From positions 607,557 through 671,556 of the forward strand of contig MFAS01000001.1 in NCBI GenBank assembly GCA_001774685.1: a DNA stretch of 64,000 nt. The letters run 5' to 3'. Below the pieces are notes generated by a model, which made no database searches, had not been told where the DNA came from, and saw only the letters and a list, made by a program, of their open reading frames with translations. The translations under genes were made by a program, and so were the position numbers. Source of the DNA: Candidatus Collierbacteria bacterium RIFOXYD2_FULL_45_13. GTDB taxonomy: Bacteria > Patescibacteriota > Microgenomatia > UBA1400 > MFAQ01. The stretch's first letter is position 1. Every line of letters starts with the position of its first letter. This document shows positions 1 to 8,377 of the stretch, piece by piece.

Positions 1-732
1 CCATCTGAACTTCTGAAGATTACTTTTGCTATCTATCTCGCCAAATGGCTTGAAGTAGATAGGAATATCAAACAGTTTCTTCTTCTTGTTGGACTAAACT
101 CACTTCTGATTATGCTTCAGCCTGATCTGGGTACAGCCATTATTATTGTTGGAGTATCTTTCCTGATCTACTACCTTTCCGGTGCCAAGCTAAAAGATCT
201 TTTTTCATTTAGTGTCATTCTCCTGGCTGCCATCTCTCTACTTATTCTCTCTTCACCTTATCGTCTGGCTCGGGTTAATACTTTTATGGATCCAACCAGC
301 GATCCTTTGGGTTCTTCTTATCACATCAATCAGGTCCTTTACGGTCTGGGTTCGGGTGGCATGAGCGGGGTTGGACTGGGCCGGTCGAGGCAGAAATACG
401 CCTACCTGCCGGAGGCCACCACGGACTCCATCTTCGTTATCATCGCCGAAGAATTCGGATTTATCGGCAGTACTCTGTTTATCACCGTCCTGGTTGGACT
501 TATTGTGGCTTCATTTAAGGTTTCTCTGTCTGCAAGTGATAAGTTTGATAAACTACTTGGCAGCGGTATCTCTCTATTATTCTTATTACAAATCTTTGTA
601 AATTTAAGTTCTATGGTTGCCCTGACTCCACTAACCGGTATACCTCTCCCATTTATCTCCTATGGAGGCTCATCTTTGGTGACCAATTTTATTGCACTTG
701 GTGTACTAATTAATTTATCCAAACGGACATGA
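1..732 (+). CDS. ftsW: SEDS-family peptidoglycan glycosyltransferase FtsW, C-terminal part; the gene starts upstream of the window
   Basis: Frame 1 is open from base 1 into ORF 112..732. The C-terminal motifs GIPLPFISYGGSSL and EEFGFIGS are typical of FtsW/RodA. It sits directly upstream of murG with a 4-nt overlap. Confidence 0.8.
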   Translation, partial: PSELLKITFAIYLAKWLEVDRNIKQFLLLVGLNSLLIMLQPDLGTAIIIVGVSFLIYYLSGAKLKDLFSFSVILLAAISLLILSSPYRLARVNTFMDPTSDPLGSSYHINQVLYGLGSGGMSGVGLGRSRQKYAYLPEATTDSIFVIIAEEFGFIGSTLFITVLVGLIVASFKVSLSASDKFDKLLGSGISLLFLLQIFVNLSSMVALTPLTGIPLPFISYGGSSLVTNFIALGVLINLSKRT

Positions 733-1799
733 AACCCTATATTATTTTTACCGGAGGTCATCACAATAGCGCGCTGGAAGTGGCCAAGATCCTTAGGAAA
801 GAAGGTTATAGAATTATCTGGATCGGACATAAGTTTACGGCTCATGGTGAAAAAAGCCTATCCGCCGAATATCAGGAAATTACCAATAATGGCATCAAGT
901 TCCTGGAGTTAAAAACCGGTAAGTTTTATAAAGAAATTAACCTCATGGAGTGGCTAAAAATAATTTTTGGATTCTTCCAATCCTTTTTATATCTTCTCAG
1001 CTACCGTCCTGCTATCATATTCTCTTCCGGTGGTTATCTTTCCGTACCGGTAGTTATTGCGGGTTGGGCTCTCCGGATACCCTCCATTACTCACGAGCAG
1101 ACCGTCATCTCCGGCTGGGCGAACAAAGCCATCACCCCTTTTGTAAAAAGAATACTTCTAACGCACGCCTCATCTCTTCCCAATTTTCCCGAGGGTAAGT
1201 CGGAAGTGGTTGGTTTACCTATTAGGAAGGAACTGTTCAATACCAAATATACCAAGAAATTTGATCCAAAGTTAATCTATATTACCTGTGGTAAACAAGG
1301 ATCTCATCTTATCAACCAAGCCGTTTTTCCGATAATTCCCAAATTGGTAGAAAAATTTACGGTCATCCACCAGACCGGTTCTAGTACTCTGACCAAAGAT
1401 CTGGAACGAGCTCGGAGAATCAAAGACAAACTTGGAAAATATAAAACTCGTTATGTCCATGCACCATACTTCTTTGCCGAAGAAGCAGCCACTTACATCC
1501 GTTCCGCCTCAATCATTGTCAGCAGATCGGGAGCCCATACAGTGTACGAGCTAATGGTGCTTGGCAAAAAGGCCATCCTAATACCTATATCTTGGGTCTC
1601 TCACAATGAGCAGTATCTTAATGCCCAGTTGGCCGAAAGAGAGATTGGCAGCTCAATCTTGGAAGAACGCGATCTATCTCCGGATAGTTTGTATCAAGCT
1701 ATCATAGAATTAGCCAAGAAGCCTGTAAAAAAAGCTTCCGTCAAACTAGTAACCAATGCTGCTGACAAAATTGCCCAAATCATCCGTCAATCAATCTAA
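729..1799 (+). CDS. murG: Undecaprenyldiphospho-muramoylpentapeptide beta-N-acetylglucosaminyltransferase (MurG, GT28)
   Basis: N-terminus IIFTGGHHNSALEVAKIL, a C-terminal nucleotide-sugar binding region, and a position between ftsW and ftsQ. Confidence 0.8.
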   Translation: MKPYIIFTGGHHNSALEVAKILRKEGYRIIWIGHKFTAHGEKSLSAEYQEITNNGIKFLELKTGKFYKEINLMEWLKIIFGFFQSFLYLLSYRPAIIFSSGGYLSVPVVIAGWALRIPSITHEQTVISGWANKAITPFVKRILLTHASSLPNFPEGKSEVVGLPIRKELFNTKYTKKFDPKLIYITCGKQGSHLINQAVFPIIPKLVEKFTVIHQTGSSTLTKDLERARRIKDKLGKYKTRYVHAPYFFAEEAATYIRSASIIVSRSGAHTVYELMVLGKKAILIPISWVSHNEQYLNAQLAEREIGSSILEERDLSPDSLYQAIIELAKKPVKKASVKLVTNAADKIAQIIRQSI

Positions 1800-2601
1800 A
1801 CGCCTCAGGAGGCGTTTGAGAAACATAATCGATAGTCTCACCCCGCAAAACCATCCCGGCAAGCGAATACTGCCATTTGTTTTATTCATATTATTCCTAT
1901 TTATCACCAACAACCTCTTCACCATTTCTCAAACCGAGTGTCAGCTTGACAGAGAAGTGTGTCCACCGGAAATTGTTCAAAAATTAGATAAATTAACAGG
2001 TTCGAACATTCTATTTTTAAACCAAAAACAGCTCTCCGGGGTGCTAATGGATTCGTTCCCGGTCGAAAAAGTCGGCATTGGTTTCCAAATGTTTAACACT
2101 CTCAAAGTAAATTTAGATGGCGGGCATCCACCAATTCTTACCATGGTTTATCTGGTTAAAGAATTACCGATGGTTTCCGTGGATAAGGCTTCAGGGTCAA
2201 CCGAGTCAGCCGGTTGGCCTAAACCTTCCGAGGAACTTAAGATATTTACTCAAAACGCCAGTCCAAGTAGTTTTGGTATCTGGGACAACGGTCGGATGAC
2301 TCCGGTGGCCACGGATGAAGCAAAGATAATTTACATTCTGTCCAAAAAGCCGGACGAAGAGACGGTTAAATCGCTTTATCGGCTCACAAAAATAGCAAAT
2401 AAATATCTTAACGTTGATTCAATTCTCGTCTTGGGTCAGAGGGTTTTCTTGAGTCAGGCGGACCAACCTGATATTATTGTTAGTGTACCTTTCGATGAGG
2501 AACAGGTAAGCGAGGCAATTAAGTCCTATTCTTATCTCGTTACCCTTAAGAAAGACGTCAAGGTGATTGATTTACGATTTAAAAACCCTATCATAAGATA
2601 A
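1756..2601 (+). CDS. ftsQ: Cell division protein FtsQ/DivIB-like (single TM plus POTRA-like region)
   Basis: A basic N-terminus, one TM helix (ILPFVLFILFLFITNNLF) and a periplasmic domain, lying between murG and ftsA. The ATG start overlaps murG by 44 nt, so the true start is uncertain. Confidence 0.6.
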   Translation: MLLTKLPKSSVNQSKRLRRRLRNIIDSLTPQNHPGKRILPFVLFILFLFITNNLFTISQTECQLDREVCPPEIVQKLDKLTGSNILFLNQKQLSGVLMDSFPVEKVGIGFQMFNTLKVNLDGGHPPILTMVYLVKELPMVSVDKASGSTESAGWPKPSEELKIFTQNASPSSFGIWDNGRMTPVATDEAKIIYILSKKPDEETVKSLYRLTKIANKYLNVDSILVLGQRVFLSQADQPDIIVSVPFDEEQVSEAIKSYSYLVTLKKDVKVIDLRFKNPIIR

Positions 2602-2602
2602 T

Positions 2603-3877
2603 ATGGCAAAAACTCAGGGGATAAGTGCAATAGATATAGGGTCGAGCAAAATAACTTGTTTGATCTCGGTACCATCGCAAGACACTTCGAAGATTAATGT
2701 CGTCGGTGTCGCTACTGTTCCCAGTAAGGGCGTTCGCAAGGGCCAAATAGTCAATATAGAAGAGTGTGTTAGTGCCATTACCGATTGTGTTGAGTCCGCC
2801 GAACGTATGGCCGGTATTGGTGTCGATACGGCCTATGTCTCAATTTCGGGGGAGCAAATTTCTTCTCAGAATTCCCATGGCTTAGTAGCTATTAGGGAGG
2901 CCGAAGAGGAAATTACCTCCGAAGATGTTTTTCGGGTAATCGAAGCCGCCAGAGCCGTCTCCCTTCCCAGTTCACGAGAAATTATCCACGTACTGCCAAT
3001 AGAATTTGTTGTTGATAGTCAAAAGGGAATAAAAGATCCAACCGGCATGTCCGGCGTTCGTTTGGAAACTGAGGCCCATCTCATTACCGGTCTTTCTCCT
3101 TCAATCAAGAATGTTACCAGGTGCGTCAGTGAGCTTGGCGCCAACGTGTCTGGTCTAGTCTTTACCGGTTTAGCCTCGGCAGAGTCTGTTTTGTCCGAAA
3201 CCGACAAAGAACTTGGTGTAATTTTGGTGGACATTGGTGGCGGCACCACCAGCGTGTGTATTTATCTTGAAGGATCGTGCGTTTATTCATCAGTACTTCC
3301 CATCGGAGCCAAAAAAATTACCGACGATATTGCCATTGGCTTGCAGATAAGTGTCGATGGTGCCGAAAAAATTAAACATTTTGTTAGTCGTCCAAAACAT
3401 GAGAGAGATGAGGGTGAGCAAAAAGTCGCCGATGAAATTGATCTTCTGAAGCTAGGTATCAGCGAAGATGTCAAAAAAGTTTCCCGCAAAACCATCAGCG
3501 AGGGCATCATCAGACCCAGACTGAATGAAATTTTTTCCATGGTAAACAATGTTGTCAAACAATCAGGACTCGAAGGACAGACACCGGCCGGAGTTGTTTT
3601 AACCGGAGGTGGCTCTCTCACCATAAACAGTACAGAAAGTTGCCGGAGAGTCATGCAGCTTCCGGCCAAAATTGGGATTCCGACCGGTTTATCCGGGATG
3701 ATCGAGGAAATATCTACCCCCATCTCCTCGGTCGTGGTTGGACTGGTTCTCTATGGTTACAAAAGAAAAGATGAAACCCCTTCTGGCGGAATCAAGCTAT
3801 CTGGTATGATAAAGGGAATTCCCGGCAAGCAATTTGTTGGGAGGGCGATTGAATTTATAAAATCTTTCTTACCATAA
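2603..3877 (+). CDS. ftsA: Cell division protein FtsA (actin-like ATPase)
   Basis: IDIGSSKI N-terminal phosphate-1 motif and the VDIGGGTT phosphate-2 motif, lying directly upstream of ftsZ. Confidence 0.9.
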   Translation: MAKTQGISAIDIGSSKITCLISVPSQDTSKINVVGVATVPSKGVRKGQIVNIEECVSAITDCVESAERMAGIGVDTAYVSISGEQISSQNSHGLVAIREAEEEITSEDVFRVIEAARAVSLPSSREIIHVLPIEFVVDSQKGIKDPTGMSGVRLETEAHLITGLSPSIKNVTRCVSELGANVSGLVFTGLASAESVLSETDKELGVILVDIGGGTTSVCIYLEGSCVYSSVLPIGAKKITDDIAIGLQISVDGAEKIKHFVSRPKHERDEGEQKVADEIDLLKLGISEDVKKVSRKTISEGIIRPRLNEIFSMVNNVVKQSGLEGQTPAGVVLTGGGSLTINSTESCRRVMQLPAKIGIPTGLSGMIEEISTPISSVVVGLVLYGYKRKDETPSGGIKLSGMIKGIPGKQFVGRAIEFIKSFLP

Positions 3878-3878
3878 A

Positions 3879-5039
3879 GTGGGTCTAGTCAAACCAGATA
3901 CAAATACTTTTGCCAAGATCAAAGTTCTTGGAGTTGGCGGAGGCGGAAACAACGCCATCAATTCCATGATTTCTTCCGGAAAAATCAAAGGGGTTGAGTT
4001 TATTGCCGTAAATACCGACATGCAAGCTTTGTTGGCCAGTAACGCCGATATAAAATTACAAATTGGTGAAAAAAGTACAAAAGGACTCGGATCCGGGTCA
4101 AATCCTGAAGTTGGCCAAATGGCCGCAGAAGAATCCCGGGAAAAAATTAAGGAGGTCCTTTCAGGAGCCGACATGATCTTTATCACTGCCGGCGAAGGTG
4201 GTGGCACGGGTACGGGCGCTGCACCCGTTATTGCCGAAATCGCCAAGAAAGATGTCGGAGCCCTCACGGTTGCTGTTGTTACCAAGCCGTTTCTTTTTGA
4301 AGGAGCCCGCCGTAGGGTTCAGGCAGAAGAGGGGATTGAGAAGCTCAAGGAAAATGTCGACACCTTGATAATTATCCCTAACCAGAGACTTATGGACGTA
4401 GTTAAAAAGGATCAGACTCTTCTAGAGGCCTTCAAAACGGCCGACTCGGTTCTTGGACAAGGAGTTCAAAGCATCTCTGATTTGATTACCATTCCCGGTC
4501 TGGTAAACGTGGACTTTGCTGACGTCAAATCAGTCATGACCAACGCCGGTTCGGCTCTCATGGGGGTTGGTCGTTCATCGGGAGAAAAACGAGCCATTAT
4601 CGCCGCCAACGCCGCCATTAGTTCTCCGTTACTTGAGGTAAGTATTGACGGCGCCAAAGGCATCTTGTTCAACATTGCCGGAGGAGAAAGCCTGACCCTT
4701 TCGGAAATTAACGAGGCCTCTTCCATCATTACCCAGTCCGCCGATCCGGATGCCAATATCATTTTCGGCACGACCATTCGAGATGATCTCGGGGAGGACA
4801 TTCAAATTTCCGTGATTGCCGCAGGATTTGACAGTCTTCGTCATTACAACCCCGTTTCAAGCTCCGATAATTACTACAAACCATCTTCGTCGGAGGCCAC
4901 CACCAATGTGCCGGAAATCGTACCCGAACCGGCAAATCCTCCAAAAAGCTCTCCGGCCGGAAAATATAAACTTCAGCACGACGAGGTCAGTATCGAAGAC
5001 GATCTCGATATCCCTACCTTTCTGCGGAACAAGTTCTAA
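3879..5039 (+). CDS. ftsZ: Cell division GTPase FtsZ
   Basis: [10 protein letters not shown] and the tubulin signature [17 protein letters not shown], a T7-loop region, and a C-terminal conserved tail DIPTFLR. The start codon is GTG. Confidence 0.95.
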   Translation: MGLVKPDTNTFAKIKVLGVGGGGNNAINSMISSGKIKGVEFIAVNTDMQALLASNADIKLQIGEKSTKGLGSGSNPEVGQMAAEESREKIKEVLSGADMIFITAGEGGGTGTGAAPVIAEIAKKDVGALTVAVVTKPFLFEGARRRVQAEEGIEKLKENVDTLIIIPNQRLMDVVKKDQTLLEAFKTADSVLGQGVQSISDLITIPGLVNVDFADVKSVMTNAGSALMGVGRSSGEKRAIIAANAAISSPLLEVSIDGAKGILFNIAGGESLTLSEINEASSIITQSADPDANIIFGTTIRDDLGEDIQISVIAAGFDSLRHYNPVSSSDNYYKPSSSEATTNVPEIVPEPANPPKSSPAGKYKLQHDEVSIEDDLDIPTFLRNKF

Positions 5040-5055
5040 CCCAAATTACCCTATA

Positions 5056-5084
5056 TTGACTTTCGATGTGCTATAGCCTAAAAT
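5056..5084 (+). promoter_or_regulatory. Sigma70-type promoter: TTGACT, 17-nt spacer, TAAAAT
   Basis: -35 TTGACT at 5056-5061 and -10 TAAAAT at 5079-5084 with a 17-nt spacer. The RBS GAAAGGAGG follows, then ATG at 5143. Confidence 0.55.
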
Positions 5085-5142
5085 ATATAGGTTCTTATCT
5101 CGCAAACTTAAAAAAATCAAAATATCGTAGAAAGGAGGCTAA

Positions 5143-5790
5143 ATGTCCTGGAATCTTAAGCAAAACGAGCGCGAACGCCGAGAAAGAGAAGCCGAGGAAG
5201 ACGCCCGGGAAGAGGAGTACTTTCGGGAACTCCGTCACGAGCGTCACAGCCATCGCCGACCCAAAGAACCGATATGGCGTATATACCTCTTTATCATCTT
5301 GGCAGTGAGCATGTCCACCTTCGGACTGACCTCGTATTATTATCCGGAGTTGCTACAACCGCGGCCAACGCGAACTACTCCAGAAAATCTACCTTCCACC
5401 TTTGAATTGACGCCCTCCTTGGCTGTTTCACCCCAGCTAACCGAACCGCCTACCGTGGAAAATATCGTTCAGGACACAGTTAGTGATCAGGTCTGGAGCT
5501 ATGTTCCAATCGTGGTGAATGGATATGTGCAGGCTTTCTTCATGTGGATGCCCGGAGATTCGATAAATGCTCCGTATCTGGCCAACCTCCCCCTCTCGAA
5601 GCAACTCGACTGCTCACCAGAGCACCTCATCGTTCAGGACATACCAGACTCAGCTGCCACGGTGTATCTAATTAGTACTGGTCAGACGGAGGACGTGACG
5701 GTGTCAATCTTCCCAGGCGAAATTTCGTCGGTCACTCAGATCGCCTTTGTTTGTCAGCCAGGAGAGGTCTTCTCTCTTCGCTGGAATTAA
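5143..5790 (+). CDS. Hypothetical bitopic membrane protein: highly charged cytoplasmic N-terminus, one TM helix, Pro-rich linker and a ~110-aa extracytoplasmic domain
   Basis: RERREREAEEDAREEEYFRELRHERHSHRRPKEP, then the TM helix IWRIYLFIILAVSMSTFGLTSYYY, then a Pro/Thr-rich stretch. It has a strong RBS and its own promoter, and a rho-independent terminator follows. Confidence 0.6.
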   Translation: MSWNLKQNERERREREAEEDAREEEYFRELRHERHSHRRPKEPIWRIYLFIILAVSMSTFGLTSYYYPELLQPRPTRTTPENLPSTFELTPSLAVSPQLTEPPTVENIVQDTVSDQVWSYVPIVVNGYVQAFFMWMPGDSINAPYLANLPLSKQLDCSPEHLIVQDIPDSAATVYLISTGQTEDVTVSIFPGEISSVTQIAFVCQPGEVFSLRWN

Positions 5791-5794
5791 CTTT

Positions 5795-5821
5795 AAAGCC
5801 CGCCATTCCGGCGGGCTTTTG
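5795..5821 (+). terminator. Rho-independent terminator (GCCCGCC-attcc-GGCGGGC followed by TTTT)
   Basis: A perfect 7-bp GC stem (5798-5804 / 5810-5816) followed by a T-run. Confidence 0.7.
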
Positions 5822-5843
5822 CGTTATAATCTCCTAACTTAGA

Positions 5844-6950
5844 ATGAAAAAAGAAAAAAGTGCTCTGGATCGATCTCGACTTGAAAAGAATCCAGATTAT
5901 TATGCAGTGGAAAGTGATGATGCGGTGGTGCATATGGTGACGGAAATATTAGAAGAGACCATTTTTGGACAGCCCACTGCTTGTGTCGAAGTAGCCAAAC
6001 CCATCGCTAGATTTATTTGCGGCTTGGATGATCCCTCTAGGCCGATATATGTCGGTCTATTTCTTGGAGAATCCGGCGTGGGAAAGACAGAAATGGGGGT
6101 CGCCGTCTCCAAAGTATTTGATCCCCAATATCCCGAGGAACGACTAAAGATCATCGACTGTAACATGTTTCAACAGAGTCATGATGTTCAAAGAATCTTG
6201 GGTGCCCCGCCTTCTTATGTTGGTTATGGTGACGAACCACTAATAAACAAGGAATTCTTGGCTCAGCCCAACGTCCTCGTTTTCGACGAGGTTGAAAAGG
6301 CCGATACCGCCCTTCACCGGCTTCTTTTGAGAATAATGGATAAGGCGAGACTGGATATAAACGAAAGCGAAGAAGATCGAATGATGTATGTGGAGGAAGA
6401 AGGTGAACTCCCCGGTTTAGATTTTTCCAACTCGGTTATTCTTCTGACCTCCAACCTCGGCTCGGATGAAATAAAGAGTATTCGATCCGGCAATCGGAGC
6501 ATGGGGTTTGTTAGAGATAACCCTGGTACACGACAAAGGAATATCCAGGCGGCCGGCCTGGCTGCTGCAGATAAATTCTGGCATCACATGCCGGAGTTTC
6601 TCAACCGCATCGACTCCACAGTTGTTTTTAACTCACTCACCCCCGAAGTTGTTCATAAAATATTTGATAAGTTCTTGAATGAATTTACCCATATCCGTGA
6701 AGCGGATGGTACCCAAATAATGGCTACCAATCAGTTGAGAGACTGGATTATAGCCCAGACCGATATCTGCAAGGCCGGCAGAGAACTCAAGAGAAGAATA
6801 AATGAATTGATTATTACTCCGGCCGCAGGAGTTAAGTTTAAAATCCCCAAAGGAGTCCCTCTCATCGCCGATATCAGCCGGGACGAACCTAAGCGGGTCA
6901 TTTTTTGGCTGAGCAAAACCATGGTCAACTCCGCCTCTGGGGCAAAATAA
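5844..6950 (+). CDS. Standalone AAA+ ATPase resembling the D2 (AAA_2 + C-terminal ClpB_D2-small) module of ClpA/ClpB/Hsp100; it has no N-domain, D1 or M-domain
   Basis: Walker A GESGVGKTE, Walker B VLVFDEVEKA, sensor region ILLTSNLGSDEI, GAPPSYVGY and FLNRIDSTVVFNSL. All are collinear with the ClpB D2 domain. Confidence 0.7.
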   Translation: MKKEKSALDRSRLEKNPDYYAVESDDAVVHMVTEILEETIFGQPTACVEVAKPIARFICGLDDPSRPIYVGLFLGESGVGKTEMGVAVSKVFDPQYPEERLKIIDCNMFQQSHDVQRILGAPPSYVGYGDEPLINKEFLAQPNVLVFDEVEKADTALHRLLLRIMDKARLDINESEEDRMMYVEEEGELPGLDFSNSVILLTSNLGSDEIKSIRSGNRSMGFVRDNPGTRQRNIQAAGLAAADKFWHHMPEFLNRIDSTVVFNSLTPEVVHKIFDKFLNEFTHIREADGTQIMATNQLRDWIIAQTDICKAGRELKRRINELIITPAAGVKFKIPKGVPLIADISRDEPKRVIFWLSKTMVNSASGAK

Positions 6951-6984
6951 CAACAAGCACCCGCCACTGTAATATAATATCTTT

Positions 6985-7242
6985 ATGCCCAAAAAATCAA
7001 AGACTGCCGAAGAAACCATCAAAGTCACCGGAGAAGATCTGATCAAGACCGTCAAAGATCTCATCGCTCAAGGCAACGTTCGCCATATCACCATCAAGGA
7101 TAAAGATGAGAAAACCGTGATGGAGTTCCCTCTGACCATCGGCGTGGTTGGTGCCGTCTTCCTTCCTGTTTTGGCCGCCGTTGGCGCCGTCGCCGCTCTG
7201 ATAGGGGAGTGCACCATCTCCGTCGACCGCATCAAAAAATAA
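6985..7242 (+). CDS. Small DUF4342-like protein
   Basis: The conserved core GNVRHITIKDKDEKTVMEFPLTIGVVGAVFLPVLAAVGAVAALIGECTISVDRI matches my recollection of the DUF4342 family. Confidence 0.5.
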   Translation: MPKKSKTAEETIKVTGEDLIKTVKDLIAQGNVRHITIKDKDEKTVMEFPLTIGVVGAVFLPVLAAVGAVAALIGECTISVDRIKK

Positions 7243-7269
7243 CCCTAATCCCAAAAATGTCCCATAACG

Positions 7270-7298
7270 TTGACTTTTGCGTGTCCTAGTAGTATAAT
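7270..7298 (+). promoter_or_regulatory. Perfect-consensus sigma70 promoter: TTGACT, 17-nt spacer, TATAAT
   Basis: TTGACT at 7270-7275 and TATAAT at 7293-7298. The ORF-track TTG start at 7270 is therefore promoter sequence, not coding. Confidence 0.6.
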
Positions 7299-7350
7299 AG
7301 GCACAGTTCGAGTAACAGTGCGTACGCCCTTTAAAGACAAGGAGAGATCA

Positions 7351-7599
7351 ATGACCAAATCTGAGCTTGAGAAAATGTTTGTGGGGAAACGCGTTCGGAT
7401 CAGCCATACTGGAAATTATGACCCGGACCGTGAAGGTATCTGTGTCGCTATTCATGCCACGCAGGGGCTTTCGCCTTTTGACATTGAACTGGATGACGAA
7501 TCGCGATACGGCTTTAAGCCCACGACTGTCACGGCCACTTCATGTGCAGGTGATCTGATGGCGTTAGCCGGGGGAACACGCAAAATCGAAGTCATGTAG
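7351..7599 (+). CDS. Hypothetical small protein (82 aa)
   Basis: The ATG is preceded by AAGGAGAG and lies downstream of the consensus promoter. The longer TTG-initiated ORF from 7270 is rejected. Confidence 0.5.
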   Translation: MTKSELEKMFVGKRVRISHTGNYDPDREGICVAIHATQGLSPFDIELDDESRYGFKPTTVTATSCAGDLMALAGGTRKIEVM

Positions 7600-7637
7600 C
7601 CGTCCTAAAAATTCTAGTAATAATAAGAGGAGAAGGT

Positions 7638-7955
7638 ATGAAAAAAAAGATCTGGATTGCTACTACGACATTCTTTGCCCTTTCCCTGATTTTGGTGGCC
7701 TGCAGTGCTCGGGATCAGGCTCGTTGGAAAGGTACCATTGAGCTCGGGGACCTTCCCGCCGACATGTTGTACGTTGACGGTGTCCCTCAGATCATCACTA
7801 TCAGCACCGAAAGTGATGGGGACGTCGTTATGGCTTACCGGGCAGACGACGGTAATGTGTATGCTCAGCTATATGGCTGCGCCGTCATCAGTGTTAACTG
7901 CGGTAAGCTCTACGAACAAGGCCGCTATCAGTGGACGATTCCCGAAGGTAAGTAG
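7638..7955 (+). CDS. Small lipoprotein (lipobox LVAC)
   Basis: Signal peptide MKKKIWIATTTFFALSLILVAC|SA, RBS AGGAGAAGG, and a terminator downstream. Confidence 0.6.
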   Translation: MKKKIWIATTTFFALSLILVACSARDQARWKGTIELGDLPADMLYVDGVPQIITISTESDGDVVMAYRADDGNVYAQLYGCAVISVNCGKLYEQGRYQWTIPEGK

Positions 7956-7972
7956 CCTGCTTAAGGCCAGCA

Positions 7973-8001
7973 CCTCTCTGTGAAAACAGGGAGGTTTTTT
8001 A
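7973..8001 (+). terminator. Rho-independent terminator
   Basis: CCTCTCTG-tgaaaa-CAGGGAGG stem (one G-U pair) followed by TTTTTT. Confidence 0.6.
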
Positions 8002-8067
8002 TTATCTTGACCATTCGGGTATTGTTTGGTTTAATGAAAGTATTCGGGATTTCTTCGGAAACAAACT

Positions 8068-8328
8068 ATGATTCAAAAAATATCCGCCCCTGTCTCGGTC
8101 GAAACCGTTTATGACCATCGCAAGCGAACCATTGCACCTAGACGTATTTTTTGGGATGGCCAGATTTTTCGGATCGCCCAGGTTGGTCTTCATCACACCT
8201 TTCGTGAGGGTCGCACTTTATTTCACATTTTTTCGGTCACTGCTCAAAATCTCTCTTTTAGATTAAGGCTGGACACCGACTCATTATTTTGGACTTTAGA
8301 AGAAATCTCCGATGGGCTTACCAATTAA
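8068..8328 (+). CDS. Hypothetical small protein (86 aa) immediately upstream of dinB
   Basis: The ORF ends 50 nt before the dinB start. There is no clear RBS. Its reality is uncertain. Confidence 0.3.
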   Translation: MIQKISAPVSVETVYDHRKRTIAPRRIFWDGQIFRIAQVGLHHTFREGRTLFHIFSVTAQNLSFRLRLDTDSLFWTLEEISDGLTN

Positions 8329-8377
8329 GCCTGCCCGCCTGGGTGGGCTAGACTTCAACCCTGCTCCATCCACGGTC

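Noticed and set aside
3283-4285. Antisense ORFs inside ftsA/ftsZ (3283-3723, 3869-4285 minus strand) and similar nested ORFs (371-601, 950-1198, 2117-2299, 4466-4944, 5900-6166, 6633-7064, 8348-8687, 10330-10752, 13597-14016 and others)
   Set aside because: They lie wholly within strongly supported genes on the same or opposite strand. They are low-complexity or GC-frame artefacts and lack RBSs.
7270-7350. ORF-track CDS starting with TTG at 7270 (109 aa)
   Set aside because: Bases 7270-7298 form a perfect TTGACT-17-TATAAT promoter. The ATG at 7351 with RBS AAGGAGAG is the credible start.
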